A stretch of 64,000 bases of DNA from the human T2T-CHM13v2.0 reference genome, Homo sapiens: assembly GCF_009914755.1 (NCBI RefSeq), contig NC_060926.1. One strand, given 5' to 3'. Shown here in pieces: positions 1 to 13,504 of the stretch. The position numbers and the translations under genes are program-made. The stretch's first letter is position 1, and the number at the start of each line of letters is the position of its first letter. The notes beneath the pieces were generated by a model, which ran no database searches, had not been told where the DNA came from, and worked only from the letters and a program-made list of their open reading frames with translations.

Positions 1-137
1 CTAATTTTTATATTTTTAGTAGAGATGGGGTTTCACCACATTGGCCAGGCTGGTCCCGAACTCCTGACCTCAGGTGATCCGCCTGCCTCAGCATCCCAAA
101 GTGTTGGGATTACAGGTATGAGCCACTGTGCATGGCC
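1..137 (-). mobile_element. Alu (AluS-type), left arm, cut by window edge
   Basis: Antisense Alu left-arm sequence ...ctcctgacctcaggtgatccgcctgcctcagcatcccaaagtgttgggattacagg...catggcc. Confidence 0.95.
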
Positions 138-994
138 AAAAAATTTTAACGATTTAAAAATAGTAAGAATTTTTCAATTGGTTAATGATCATAGACAACA
201 TTCAAGCAAAATACCATTTGATACTGAATAGTTCTAACATTTTAATTGTATTGCAAGAAAACTTTGTGTTGGAGATAATTACTTAATTTAGATCCGAATA
301 TATGTGCACTGGAAAGTGGCACTTTATGTTGATTACAAAAATGTAATTAGGCAATAGGCTTAGTTTTGACCAAGCCTATTTGCTAATTGTGGGAAGTTTT
401 TTTAAAAAAATCAAAGAAGTGAGTGTAGTTTAAAGTACAAGAGAAAGAAAAACATTATTTCCTTCCTAGGCACTTTTCTGGTGGATGGATGGAGGCTATA
501 TAGCTACAACTACTTTTTCCAGATTTTTCAAGACAGTTCAAATTTTAATATTACATTTTGAGACCATATTAAACCATTCACTCTCATTTTTGTTTCAAAA
601 TGTTTGGACACCATGGGGGATAACAGTCTGACAATTTTAGGAAAATCTTACTTTTACTTTGATTCCAAATGTAATATCAGAGAGTTTCCAAAGGTGGATT
701 CCAAAAAATTTAGAATATTTAAGTAACAAAGAGTAATTGACTTTGGATAGGCCTTCTCATTGGCCTCAGAAATTTTATGAGATATGGTCTGGGTTTATAA
801 AACCATAGAGAGACCTATTTTTGAAGCTTCATTGTGCCAGAACTACTTTGAAAGTTCTTTCTTCCAACTTAAGGCTTCATATAGCACATATATACTGATT
901 AATATGTAAGTTAGAAAAAGTTTATCATCTATTACTAGGACAGTATTTCAACAATGTAGAATATATTTCTCCTTTTAAAAAACATTTATTATAA

Positions 995-1338
<344 letters not shown>

Positions 1339-1367
1339 TATAATTATATTTTCTAAGAAATTATTTA

Positions 1368-1721
<354 letters not shown>

Positions 1722-2913
1722 TTATTTAAATATTGAATCGGTATGACAGGCCTTGTCAAAGCAACAATTAAGTAATTGGCCTAGAATAGTACTTTGCACA
1801 CCTTGATGAAGCTCAGATAGTAGACTCATTAAAAGAACATAATGTTTTGTTTTCTACTCCTTTAAAGAAAAGGAAGCATTTTAGCAGTAATGGTGTAAAT
1901 ACAGGACATCCCTATTTCTTGCTTATTAAAGAAAATGCTGAAAGGAGACCTTATCTTCGCTTGCTTGACATCCTCTTAGAAAAGACCAGTCTTTTAATTT
2001 CCTTTCTTTTTTTCTTACAACTTTTAATTGGTTCATATGTTTTAGACCTCAGAGGACAATGCCAGCTTTCATTTTTAATGTGGTATATCCTTAATACCCT
2101 AATGCCTATTCTTTTGGTACAATATAGGTGGTGGCTCCTAAAACATACTTGCTTTTGTGTAATACTTGGGTTACATATATTTTGTGGTGGTTGTAACATA
2201 CTTCTTATATATAAAATCAGGATTTTTAAATTTACCTATTTTTTGGGATTAATGTATATAGTTGCACAGATTATGTGTATATTAGTATCATTATTATGGA
2301 CTCATATTATGACTCTGAAGGTTTCTTTTAATGATGAGATCATACATGTATCTGAAACAGGATTCTAAAGGTTGCTGGAGAAAGCCCAACACTCAATTCA
2401 TGTAAGGGCTCTAAAATTGAGAGCATTTCTGCTTGTATCTGATTTCCTGGTCTTGTATCTTTATATAACTAAGAAATTATGCAAATTCATTTAACCATAA
2501 CCAACAGCCAAATCTTCCACAGGCACTTTGAGTGTATGTGCATGTTCATGAGTAGATATGTTAAGGATTCCTATATTTGTAATTCCTAAACTTTTATGTC
2601 TAGACAGAAGAAAATACAGTACAGTATTTGAGCATTATTTTTCATATGTGTGATGATAATTTGCAGGGACCATTTAGACAGACCTAAAATACGTGAATTA
2701 GATGTGGTGCTTCTAAAGAAACTCCTTCCCACTTTTCTCACTCTGGAAAAAATAATTTACTCTTTTATTTAAATATTTTTTTTCTTTGACTTAAAGGATT
2801 CCATGATTTGTATATATTTTTCTTGTAAGTATTTTAAATAATATACCATAAAAATAACACGCAGTAAATTCAAATTTAATTCGAAAAATATTTAATTAAG
2901 AATGCTACGTTTT

Positions 2914-3385
<472 letters not shown>

Positions 3386-3861
3386 TTATGTGATTGATCA
3401 ATTTTATCTTTAAATGACTTGTGTGGGTGACTTATCAGGGTTTAAAACAGTCACAATGAACGGGATATTGTTTTTAAACTTAAAGAGAGCATTAGTGGTT
3501 TCCTAAATATTTCCAACCTAAGTTCATCTAGGCAGAGCAAGACCTTTTGCCATTGTTTATGATCATGCTTCCATTATGTCATCCTACCTCCCTCAGTGTT
3601 CACTAGAAAGGGATTCAGAGGCAGCTCTCAAGGCCCTGTTTCAACATCATTTTGTCTTGCTCAGCCCACAGTACTGCATCTCTCTTTGCTGTACATTTAA
3701 TATCTCCCTCTCCACTGGCTGTCTCCCAAAAATGCACCCCTTGACTCTATCCCCTTCTCTAGCTATTAGTCTGTTTCTCCTTCTCTTCCCATTCAAGTTT
3801 CTTGAGAGGGGGCTACATTCAGTCCTTCCATTTTCTTATCTCTCTTTCATTTGTTTAGTAT

Positions 3862-4194
3862 CTTTCTTTTATTGTACTAAAATATACATAAAACTTTCCA
3901 TTGTAACCATTTTTAAATGTACAGTTCTGTGGCATTAAGTACATTCACACTGCTCTGCAACAATCACCACAATCCATTTCCAGAACTTTTTCATCTTCCC
4001 AAATGGAAACCCTCTACTCATTAAACAATAACTTTCTATTCCGCCTCTGCCCAGCCTCTGGCAACCACCATTCTACTTTCTGTCTGTATGAGTTTGAGAA
4101 GTTTCAGTGCCTCTTAAAAGTGGAATCATGCAGTTTGTCCTTTTGTGACTGGATTGTTTCACTTAGCAGAATGTCTTCAAAGTTCGTCTATGTT
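3862..4194 (-). mobile_element. L1MB-type 3' end fragment
   Basis: Antisense L1M 3'UTR motifs gtggcattaagtacattcac, cctctggcaaccaccattctactttctgtct, gtggaatcatgcag. Confidence 0.85.
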
Positions 4195-5277
4195 TTCTTT
4201 ATTCTCTTTATTATGACCTGTCTTCTCCATGTCATTGAAACATTCCTTGCCAAGGTCACTTGTGACCCTCTACTTCCTCAATATTCTGGAAAATTGTCTT
4301 CCTTTTTCTTTTAGTGGCATTTAACTGCACTTAGTACTTTTTGATACTCTCTCTTCTCACTTCTAATTTTCCTCCTTTTGATTTTCTACCTACATTTCTA
4401 GCACTTTTTTGTACATTTCTAGTACTTTTTTGTGGACTCCTCTCCAACTTAAACATTGTTTTTCTCCTGTGTCTCTGTACACTCAAAAGTATATGTTCCT
4501 CCAGTGATCTCATCCATTCCTGTGGCTTCCACCTACCACTTATGTATTGACTCTGACTTTTTATCCAACTCTTATTTCTCTCCTTAGCTTCAGGAAAGGG
4601 TTGCTGGAGATCTTTACATGAAGTTTCCACAGACAAGGTGTTCAAAACTGAAATTACCGTCTTTCCCTCCAGATTTGTATCAACAAATGGCTGGAACCAA
4701 CCTGAGTCACTCTTAAGTCTAAGTTTTCCTACCCATAACATGCAGTTGATTTCTTAAGTTTTCTCAGTTTTACCCACTTAATATCCCTGGAATCTGTCCT
4801 TTTCTATCCATCCATTCTCACCATTACTGCTACTTGTCAGCTCAAGTATTATTCTTTTTTTCCGGGATTACTGTCACAGCCTCCTAATGAGTCTGCTTCT
4901 CTTCTTTCAGTTTTATCCCCATCGAACATAATCCCCACTTGCTGCCAGAATGATCTTTCTACAAAGCAAATCCAATTATGTGTCTTTCTGAATAGTTTTT
5001 GAATGCCTTCCCTTTGCCGTCAGGAAAAAATCCAAACCTCTTAGCAGAACATGCCATGGTTCTGCAGGACCTGGCCTCTGCTCACCTCTTCAACCTCAGC
5101 ACTTGCTACTTTCCTTTATGCATTACGTGCTTCCACAGGTGTGATAAACCTCCCTGGACACAGTCTCTTCAGACCCACCATGTTTTTGTATGTGGCATTC
5201 TCCTGAACAACTCCTGCTAGTCCTTTAGGACTCAGCTCCAAGGCCATCTTCTCCAGGAAATCTTCCTTGGAGATGGG

Positions 5278-5720
5278 TGTAGTGGATGCTATGGTATGCT
5301 GCTTGCATTTCTCTATGTCCTTGGGACTGAAGCACAGATTTCACTAACTGCTGGGAATGTTGGTAACGGATAGATCTTGGCAACATTTTGTTCTAGAGAT
5401 TGCCCTTGGTTGAAGAGAGCTTAAGATCACGCATTCCTTCCTAGAGCCAGCCCAGGAATGACTACAATTATTAATTGATTCAGAAGTTTATACTTTTATA
5501 AGCCTGGTCCCATTGCTTCAGTGGGGACAACTCTGTAGGCCATCCTAACTCCATAATTCTCCCATAGAAAGGCTGAGGACTTTGTGGCAACCACATCATA
5601 ATCCCACTTCGCCTTTTGCCCAGTTCAGCTGTTTTCACTTCACCCTATAGGTGCTAATTCTGAAAGCAAGCCTCCTGCACACAAATATCCCTCTGAGTCT
5701 GTTTCCCAGGGAACTGAAGA
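5278..5720 (+). mobile_element. LTR16-family solo LTR (ERVL)
   Basis: Starts tgtagtggatgctatggt; contains gggacaactctgtaggccatcc; ends ctctgagtctgtttcccagggaac. Confidence 0.8.
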
Positions 5721-6102
5721 GCAGCACTGGGTCAGGACCCTTAATACCATTTGCCTACTCCTATCACAGCTCTTACTTGTCCCCCCGCTGCCAACCCATA
5801 TCATAATTGTCTGTTTACTTATGGGTCTATGCCTAAATATAGTGAGGAAACTAGAGAACAGGGATTTCAATCTTGTCTTTTTATCCTTATTTCCTTTTTA
5901 CCCTGACTCATTAAATCTGTTTGAATAAATGAAAGCATAAATGAATGCAAGAGAGATTTCCATCTTCAAAAGCTTTGGGGGCTTTCCTAAAATCAGCTCA
6001 GCCCTTCCTGAACATTATTTCTTTTTGGAATAGCCCCAGAAAATCTGGGTCATCTCTCCTAGGGTGTATTTTAGGTTTGCTGCTTTTCATGCTTCATGAA
6101 AT

Positions 6103-6330
6103 TATGAGAAGCATGGATTTGGAGGTCTGGATTTAGAAACCTGGGTTGAATTCTTGGAGCACCATGTACTAGTTGTGTGATTTTGGCCAAATCATATAAC
6201 TTCTTCATGTCTCAGTTTAATTAACTGAAAAACAGCACTATCTAGCCCACAGATACTGCCTGGTGGCAAATAAATGAGATAATATCTGTGTAAAGTGATG
6301 GCACATAGTAGATAGTCAGTAAATTTTAGC
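6103..6330 (+). mobile_element. MIR SINE
   Basis: cctgggttgaatt...tagttgtgtgattttggccaaatca...tctcagttt core; 3' tggcacatagtag. Confidence 0.8.
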
Positions 6331-6741
6331 TTCCTTCCTCTTTTTCTTCTTTTTAGATTGAATTTACCCATCTATAATAACTTGCAAAGAAATAAATTAT
6401 AGTAGTTTGGTCCTGCTGAGATGATCTCAATAGCTCTCATAATCTTTTTTTCCCCCACATGGCAGAAATCCATCATTCTCTGTTACTATTCTGATTTTAG
6501 AAGGAAAAAAAAAACACAGCTGAAATCATCTACTCAACAATGCAAGTCCCTTCTTGCTATAAATTTTATTTATCATGAGGCATCAAATTTGCTAGTGGCA
6601 AGAGGTATGTGTCTAGGTGTGTCTCAGAGTGAATCAAAGGCGAGTAAATCACATGAATGTAATACTACCTGATGGGTTTCACTGATGTGTAGGAGGAGCT
6701 AAAATGATTAACATAAGGTCACAATGAAGGGTTAAAGGGAT

Positions 6742-7090
6742 GGTAGCAAGTTATCCCACTGATTCAGCCATATATCCAGTTTTCTTCTTCTCAGTACTTG
6801 GAAAAATCACATTTCTTAGTTCCCTTGCAATTGGGTGAACCACATGATGAGCTCCAGCCAATTGGCTGGGAGTAGAAGTAATATATCACATGTAGAAAGA
6901 AGTATTTAAGAGCCAGTGATCAGTTCCCAGCTAGAAACAGTCTGTGATATTGAAGGATGTAAACCCTAGACACTGTCCCAGACCTGGGGCAGATTTTTCT
7001 GCAAAAATAAAATAACCTTTTGTTGTGTTAAACTCTGAAATATTCATGTTACTTATTACCATCACAAAATTAGGCACTTCTAACTGATGC
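6742..7090 (+). mobile_element. MLT1-type MaLR LTR
   Basis: cacatttcttagttcccttgcaatt..., aataacctttgttgtgttaaactctgaaat..., terminal ctaactgatgca. Confidence 0.65.
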
Positions 7091-8698
7091 ATTGGGTTCA
7101 GAAGAACTCAGGAAAATCTAAATAAATAATATATCTCAGGAAAAACAGGAAACACAGCCAGCTGTCTCAGAAAATAGAACTGGAAGGTTATTTAGGATCA
7201 TTGTTGATTTACTGCTCCACCACTAAAGTAACTTAGCTTCTCCCTTTAGATCTGCTTCTTTCTGTGTCTACTTCTGCTTCCACTTCCAATTGCCAGTTGT
7301 CTTTTTCTGCATCGTTGTATTTTACATATCTTGCAGACAGATACAACCCAGTAAGTACAATTTGGATACTGAATCAGAAATTTCTCTTGAACCAGACTAC
7401 TTCGTAGGCTACTGGGGAACCGAAAATGCTCTTTCAGTTACCTTCCCCTGGTCCAATTAGCAACAACCATGGAGTTGGGTCCTGAAATACAAAACATGGC
7501 CATGTATCCTTGAGGAAACCTTGGGGCCTCTTCCTCCTAACAGGAGCTGTGAGTTGGAGTCCTGTTAGACAGGAGCTGTCAATATGGTAGGCACCATATT
7601 GGCCTGTTCAGTAAACTGGGATACAGACTTTTCAGGTCAGCGACAGAGAGGCTATTATTCTGTCACTGTAACTGCTGGGCCTAGAACTGGTTATACAAAT
7701 GTCTTGGTATTGACCTGGAAATTGGCTAGTGGCTTCTGGGTCGGGACAAAATTTTTGTTGAACTGAGAAGTCTTCCTAGATGAGACAGGAACTGGGCCCA
7801 ATGACCCAGGGTCAAATGCAGATTTCTTGCCTTTTGGATACTTCTTGGTCATGACCTAAATAGTCAACTTTGAGAATGTTTTTGGTTGATAATATGCACA
7901 AAAGGCAATAGTTTTTTCTTAGGACAATGTAATAATCAGTGACTTAACATTGTTTTGATGTTAAAATATAATTTATGGACTATTTCACTTTACCTTGGGC
8001 ATTTGGTTAACTCATAAATGTGAAATTAGAGCTTCCCTTTGTTCTTAATGTCACCATCCTAGTGGCTATTGTCTCTTTATGAATACTTTTTAAAATTTAA
8101 GTTAGTCTGTGTTTGGCGTATATTTATTTATTTACCTTCTTAAAATGCTTACTACCATTTTAAACTCCACTCCTCAACCCAATCCTTTCTCATTTAACCT
8201 TCTTTTAAGGCACCTTTTATATTTTCCAAAGTACTGCATTGTCCTCTCAAATGGCTTCAGTGCCCCAATTGATCTGCATCTAACTCTCAATCAAAGCCGT
8301 TGCTGCCTCTGAAGTGATCTCCATTAGGTGGTTTACAGGGAATAAGCCAATTAAATGACTATATACTAAGCTACAGGTTTTGGTAGTTATCCAAAAAAAA
8401 AAAAAAAAAAAAAAACCAGTTTTTTTTTTTTGTAAATCAGAGATATCTTCCTAACAGTCTTTAAGTTATTACAGGTCATTCCTGATTTCTTTTAACGTAC
8501 AAACAGAATGGTGGTCTCCAACACTAACTCTTGGTTAGAGATAATGGTATAGAATAGGGATGGTGGACTTACTATGTTTTGGGAAACCATGACCATATTT
8601 CATATAATTTAAGAGACTATTATTTATAAAACTCATCTCTATTGCAGGGCTGCTAAGCTGTGAAAAAGATGTGCTAAAAATTCTACTGAAATATGATA

Positions 8699-9037
8699 CA
8701 GTTATACACCACATAACAATATTTTGGTCAACAACAGGCTGCATATATGCGGTGGTCCCATAAGATTATAATATCATATTTTTACTGTATCATTTCTATG
8801 TTTAGATACACAAATACTTACCATGGTGTTACAATTGCCTACAGTATTCAGTAGGCTGTAGCATGCTGTACAGGTTTGTAGCCCAGGAGCAACAGGTTAT
8901 CCCATATGGCCTAGGTGCATAGTAAGCTATACCATCTAGTTTTGTGTAAGCACACTCTATGACGTTCACACAATGAAAAAATTGTCTGACGATGCATTTC
9001 TCAGAAGGTATTCAGGTTGTTAAACAACGTATGACTG
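8699..9037 (+). mobile_element. Tigger3a/MER7A MITE (TcMar-Tigger)
   Basis: TIRs cagttatac.../...gtatgactg flanked by TA dinucleotides (8697-8698, 9038-9039); internal ggtggtcccataagattataat. Confidence 0.9.
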
Positions 9038-9054
9038 TACATGGGTTGATGCAC

Positions 9055-9300
9055 TATGGGGACGGAGCAGTGAGGGAGTAGAATGAGGGCTGAGCTTTCA
9101 CTGAGACCAGGTTTGACTTCCAACCCTGCCCTTAATTAGCTGTGTAACCTTGGGCAAAGCATTTAACCTCTCTGAGCCCAAGCGATTTCATCCGAAAAGT
9201 GGAGATAATAATAGCTATGAGCTTATTAGATGTTTTGCATAAGATATCGTACATGAAAAGCTCTTGACACACAGCAGGTGCTCAGTGGGTGTTAGCTGAA
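9055..9300 (+). mobile_element. MIR SINE
   Basis: Core tagctgtgtaaccttgggcaaagcatttaacctctctgagcc. Confidence 0.85.
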
Positions 9301-10000
9301 TTTGAATCTACCTCCTTTTAAGTATCCTTTTACACTTCAGGAAAGAGACTCCTGTCCTATTAAGGAGATTGACAGAGGACTGTAAAGAACTCTGGTTGGG
9401 AGAGAAAAGATCTTAGCCTTGACTGCCTAATCTCCTTTATACTATTATTGCCTTGATAATAGTTTGCTTGTTATTCCTTCTTCCCTTCACTAAATCATTA
9501 AATTTTGAGTTCCTACGTTTTGTCAGGTATTAGGGATAAAAAGATGAATAAGATACATGGTATCCATGGATCACAGAGTCAAGTAGGGAAAGAAAAAGTG
9601 TAAGCGAATAAGTAAGAAGTGTTAACTATTACTCTGAAAAAATTTGCAAACCTTTTCATTAAATAAACAATTTTTTAAAGGTAGATTCCTTATAGCATCT
9701 ATGATTTGTAAAATGTTGTAGAAACATGGACGATTTAAAGCAAACCCTATCACAAAGCAAATTGCCTTCAACTTTTCCCTCTCGTTAGAGTTAATTTTGA
9801 CTTTGGCATGAGGACACATTTTGTTTTTCTTCTGCTCACACAGTGCATCTACTACCTTCTCTGTCAGGCAAGTATGGAAAGTAAATTGTCAGGCAAGAAA
9901 CAGTAAGCACACATCTAAAATCTGAAGCAAAATTGGTAGGCATAATTTTAGCTCTACCTGCATATGGAATAATGTATCTATAGAACTCTTAGTTTTTCTG

Positions 10001-10200
10001 GTGAGGCAGCATGGTACAGTGGGGAAAATACAGGCTGAGGAATCAGAATATAATCTAAATTTTGGCTTTACTAGTTTTGTGGGCAAATCACTTAACCTCA
10101 CTGACCCTCAGTTTCCTCATTTGTAAAAACGAGTGATAATACAAGATTATAGTAACAATTATAATATGTCTATACATAATAGGCCTTTAATAAATATTAT
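10001..10200 (+). mobile_element. MIR SINE
   Basis: gggcaaatcacttaacctcactgaccctcagtttcctcatttgtaaaa. Confidence 0.85.
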
Positions 10201-10559
10201 TATTCAAACCCTAGAACACAAAAGAAAATAATTTATCAACCCTTAGGTAATTGTACAAAATACTCAAATGCCTCAATATAAATTAAGTGTATATTAGGGG
10301 CAGAATTTGACCTGATCATTTTAAGCAGAAACTAAAATAGTCTTAACTTGGGATGCCTACTGGGACAAAGTCATTACAAGCTATAAATGTCTAGCTAGAG
10401 TAGTAAACCCTGAAAACCAGGATGGGCACAGGTTGGAGCTTCATGGAATGTGGAATGCCCAAACCTGATCCATAACACAAAATCGGAGTCTGCAGTCTTC
10501 TGGGGCTAAATATTGGGCCAAAATAGAATGTCTGAGTAAAGGTATATAGTAGTTTTGTC

Positions 10560-11050
10560 TTTAGTATTCAATGTCGAACCCTTTTCTCAATTGGTAGCTA
10601 TAGGACCCACTTTCCATCACTAAAGTGCAAGGCCAGTGACTCAGTTTCCATATTCTTGTCAATAAGGGCATGCCATGTGATCTAGACCACTAATAACTCT
10701 AGACTGGAGAAGCAAGGTCTAGAAATAACTCATTTTGGCAGAAGTGACAGTGGCAGCAGCATCCAATGTCTAGTGACAACAGCGTCTATGGGGCTTCCAG
10801 GGTCATTTCTATGTCTTGTGGAGGTAGGGGAGAGGTTGTCAGTGATAGCAGTCCAGTGTACCCTGACCAGACATGTAGATTCGTCTGTTCTGATCTCTTA
10901 ATCTCTCTTGGTTCTGGCTCATTTCTTGCAGCTGGTTCTTCAGGCTTCTCATCAATTCTAGGAGCTACTTATTAGTCTGCCAATAGATTCCTTATCTGCT
11001 TAAGACAAAGTCCATTTCAGTTGTCTGCATACAAGAATCTTGATTACTAT
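10560..11050 (+). mobile_element. LTR33-like solo LTR (ERVL)
   Basis: 3' end ctcttggttctggctcatttc...ccaatagattccttatctgcttaag...caagaatcttgattactata resembles LTR33. Confidence 0.65.
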
Positions 11051-11904
11051 AGGGCAAATGGAAGAATCACAGTGTGGGGCAAATCTGAGGTCAAAGCTGT
11101 CAGAGACTTGAGGAGGAGGTAAAGGAGAGGACCTCAGTAAATATGTTGATGGTCCAGACAAAAATGTGTAGATAATATCCATTCGTGATTGAGGCCTTGC
11201 CTTGACAAACCACTTCTTGTCTTGAAGACACACTCTTCAACTCAGCTTCTCACAGAAACCAAAACCTCAGCTCATGGCAGAAGGCTGGAACCAGAGTGAG
11301 AAGGCTGGTTGCAACAAAGGGTAAAATGCTTCCTTAGGGGATAATCTAAGGCAGCTAAAATACCCAGACCCATTGCTATGGTAATCCACCCACATAATAA
11401 TTACAGGTTATTTGCATATCTGGATTCCTTTTCATAGCCAGGGGATGGTGTGAAGTCAGTGCTAAAGAAGCAACAAGTGGCTGTCATGTGTCATCTCTGC
11501 CCCAAGTGGTTCTGAAATTGGTTTGAAGCTTGAGGAGCCTTCATTCTTTTTGGGATAAAGGATAAGAATCCTAACAGAACTCACCCCCAGTCATCACTAG
11601 TCAGAGAGAGCCTTCTGGCAGAGTAGGGTAGTGAAAGGCCTGGGCTCCAGCAGCAGTAACCTGAGTCATGTCCGAGGCGACAGAGAAGAAAATAAACCAG
11701 GAGGCCAGAATCTGGGAGGACTGAGAACCAGTAGGAAAAGGAGGGTGGGAAGGTGTTTATGAAGTAAGACAAAGGCTGAGGGTATTAGCACTCCATGGGC
11801 ACAGTTACATGTGGTGATGGCTGAGGGAGTGGACTTGAGGGTGATTCTCCAGGCCCAGCCCCAGATGTCTCAGGGAACTAACAGTGCCTCTTCTGATTCA
11901 CAGT

Positions 11905-12142
11905 GATAATAAATAATTAACAATTATTTGTTATAATTTATATAATATAATGATATATGTTACATATATCATATTATAAAAATATATTTATATATTATAA
12001 AAATAGTCATAGATAATAGTATATATTACTATTATAGTTACAGATAATAGTATATATTATCTATAACTATATATTTAGTTATATGTGTTGCATATATAAT
12101 AATCATAATTTGTCACTATATTATTTATAATAAAAATTTTAA
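11905..12142. repeat. AT-rich low-complexity island with internal direct and inverted repeats
   Basis: Almost only A/T; agataatagtatatatta repeated at 12011 and 12042. Confidence 0.85.
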
Positions 12143-13309
12143 AAATCCAATTTTTGCCTTCTGATACCATTCTGAGCCTGGAATAGCCTCTTAAGGGGCA
12201 AAACTCACTGCCATTTAGTGAAGTAAATTTAGATGAGAGTCTTTTAAAATAACTGTCTTTTGAATAATATATTGAGCCAGGCCTGCCCTACCCAACCCCA
12301 TCTTGGGAAAGCAAGAAGGTAACCCATTGTAAGAGCAAGTTTGGTGTCCCCTTCTCCCTCTATAGCTTGATCCCTTGGTCAGGGACTGTGGCATCTTGGA
12401 GCTTCAAGGAGAGATAAGTCCTTAAGGAGAGAAGGGGCATTTTGGGACAAGATTGTCACATCTTCTATCACTGTCCTCTCATAAAACCTGCTCTAGCACA
12501 CTCTTGCCAAAAGCAAACTGACCAGTGCTTAAAATGCAAGTCAGGAGCAGTGCATGAGCAGTCATGCAGGATGACAGTGGGTGAGATGGTTTGTCCTTAA
12601 ATCAGGCATAATGTCCTCTTGCCTCCATGCACATCAGGACATCTGAGGAGCACTTCCTGTACCCTGGGCAGGATATTTTAAAAATTAGCTGCCTCAGAGT
12701 AGAAAATAAAACTCAACAAGATTTTATCTTGTTTTTAATTTCTATGTCTCCCTGGCAGCTGTAATATTATACTTAGTAAATATCTAGGTTAAACCAAATA
12801 GTCACATGGGAAAATGATATTTCACACCTCTATTTTGGAATTATGTGCAAAATTTGCCACATCTGTGTTGTTGAATAATACAGAGTTAAATTGATAACTA
12901 CCCCAGTTGAACATGATGATCTATAATTAAGTTATTAGCCATTGTTCTGTTGCATAAAAATATTTGATTTTTCAACTCAGGGGTAAAATCTATAGTAACG
13001 ATCGCTGCTTTGCAAGTTGTTATTTATCACTGGCTTATGTAAGTTTGTAAAAAACAGATTAAAAATGGCCAAAAAAAAGAGTGAATACTTAGAGAAATTA
13101 TTAGGTCTTCTGTTAAAAAAAGAAAACAAACTTTTATGAAAATTTAGATTTAGTTCCTAATAGAAGAGTAAAACCAAAAGGGAACTTGCTTCCTCAACAC
13201 CCGAGTGCTAGAACTCTGCAGTCCTGTGGCATATGTTAGCCGTGCTTGAAATTCCCCGCTTTGTGCTAAAGCATTGGCAGAGCAAGTAGAGCTGACATTG
13301 CACTATCCT

Positions 13310-13495
13310 ACCTCTCTTTATTTTTTATTCCTCTTCGCTTTTCTCCCACTCCCCATTGCTTATCATCTAGTCCTCCCTCCTGCCTTCTCTATCCTCCTTT
13401 TCTTTTTTTTCTGCTTCTTTCCTCTTTCTCTATAGTCTTCATGCTTTCTCTCTTTTCTTTCTTCCTTATCTCCTTCTTCTTCCCCTCTCCTTCAG
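13310..13495. repeat. Pyrimidine-rich low-complexity tract
   Basis: C/T-dominated run on + strand. Confidence 0.75.
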
Positions 13496-13504
13496 ACAAT
13501 GCTG

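Larger units (their letters stand above)
3700..5945 (+). mobile_element. L2 LINE 3' portion, interrupted by an L1 fragment and an LTR16
   Basis: L2-like segments gccaaggtcacttgtgacc, gtgatctcatccattcctgtggc, ggattactgtcacagcctcctaa, and tail ...tgaataaatgaa. Confidence 0.8.

Noticed and set aside
1847-2368. Longest ORF (173 aa, hydrophobic)
   Set aside because: Non-ATG start; T-rich composition alone explains the F/L/I bias; no recognisable domain; part resembles antisense L1
4391-4432. 21-bp tandem duplication (also a ~26-bp one at 49399-49456)
   Set aside because: Small slippage duplications inside L2 fossils; ordinary
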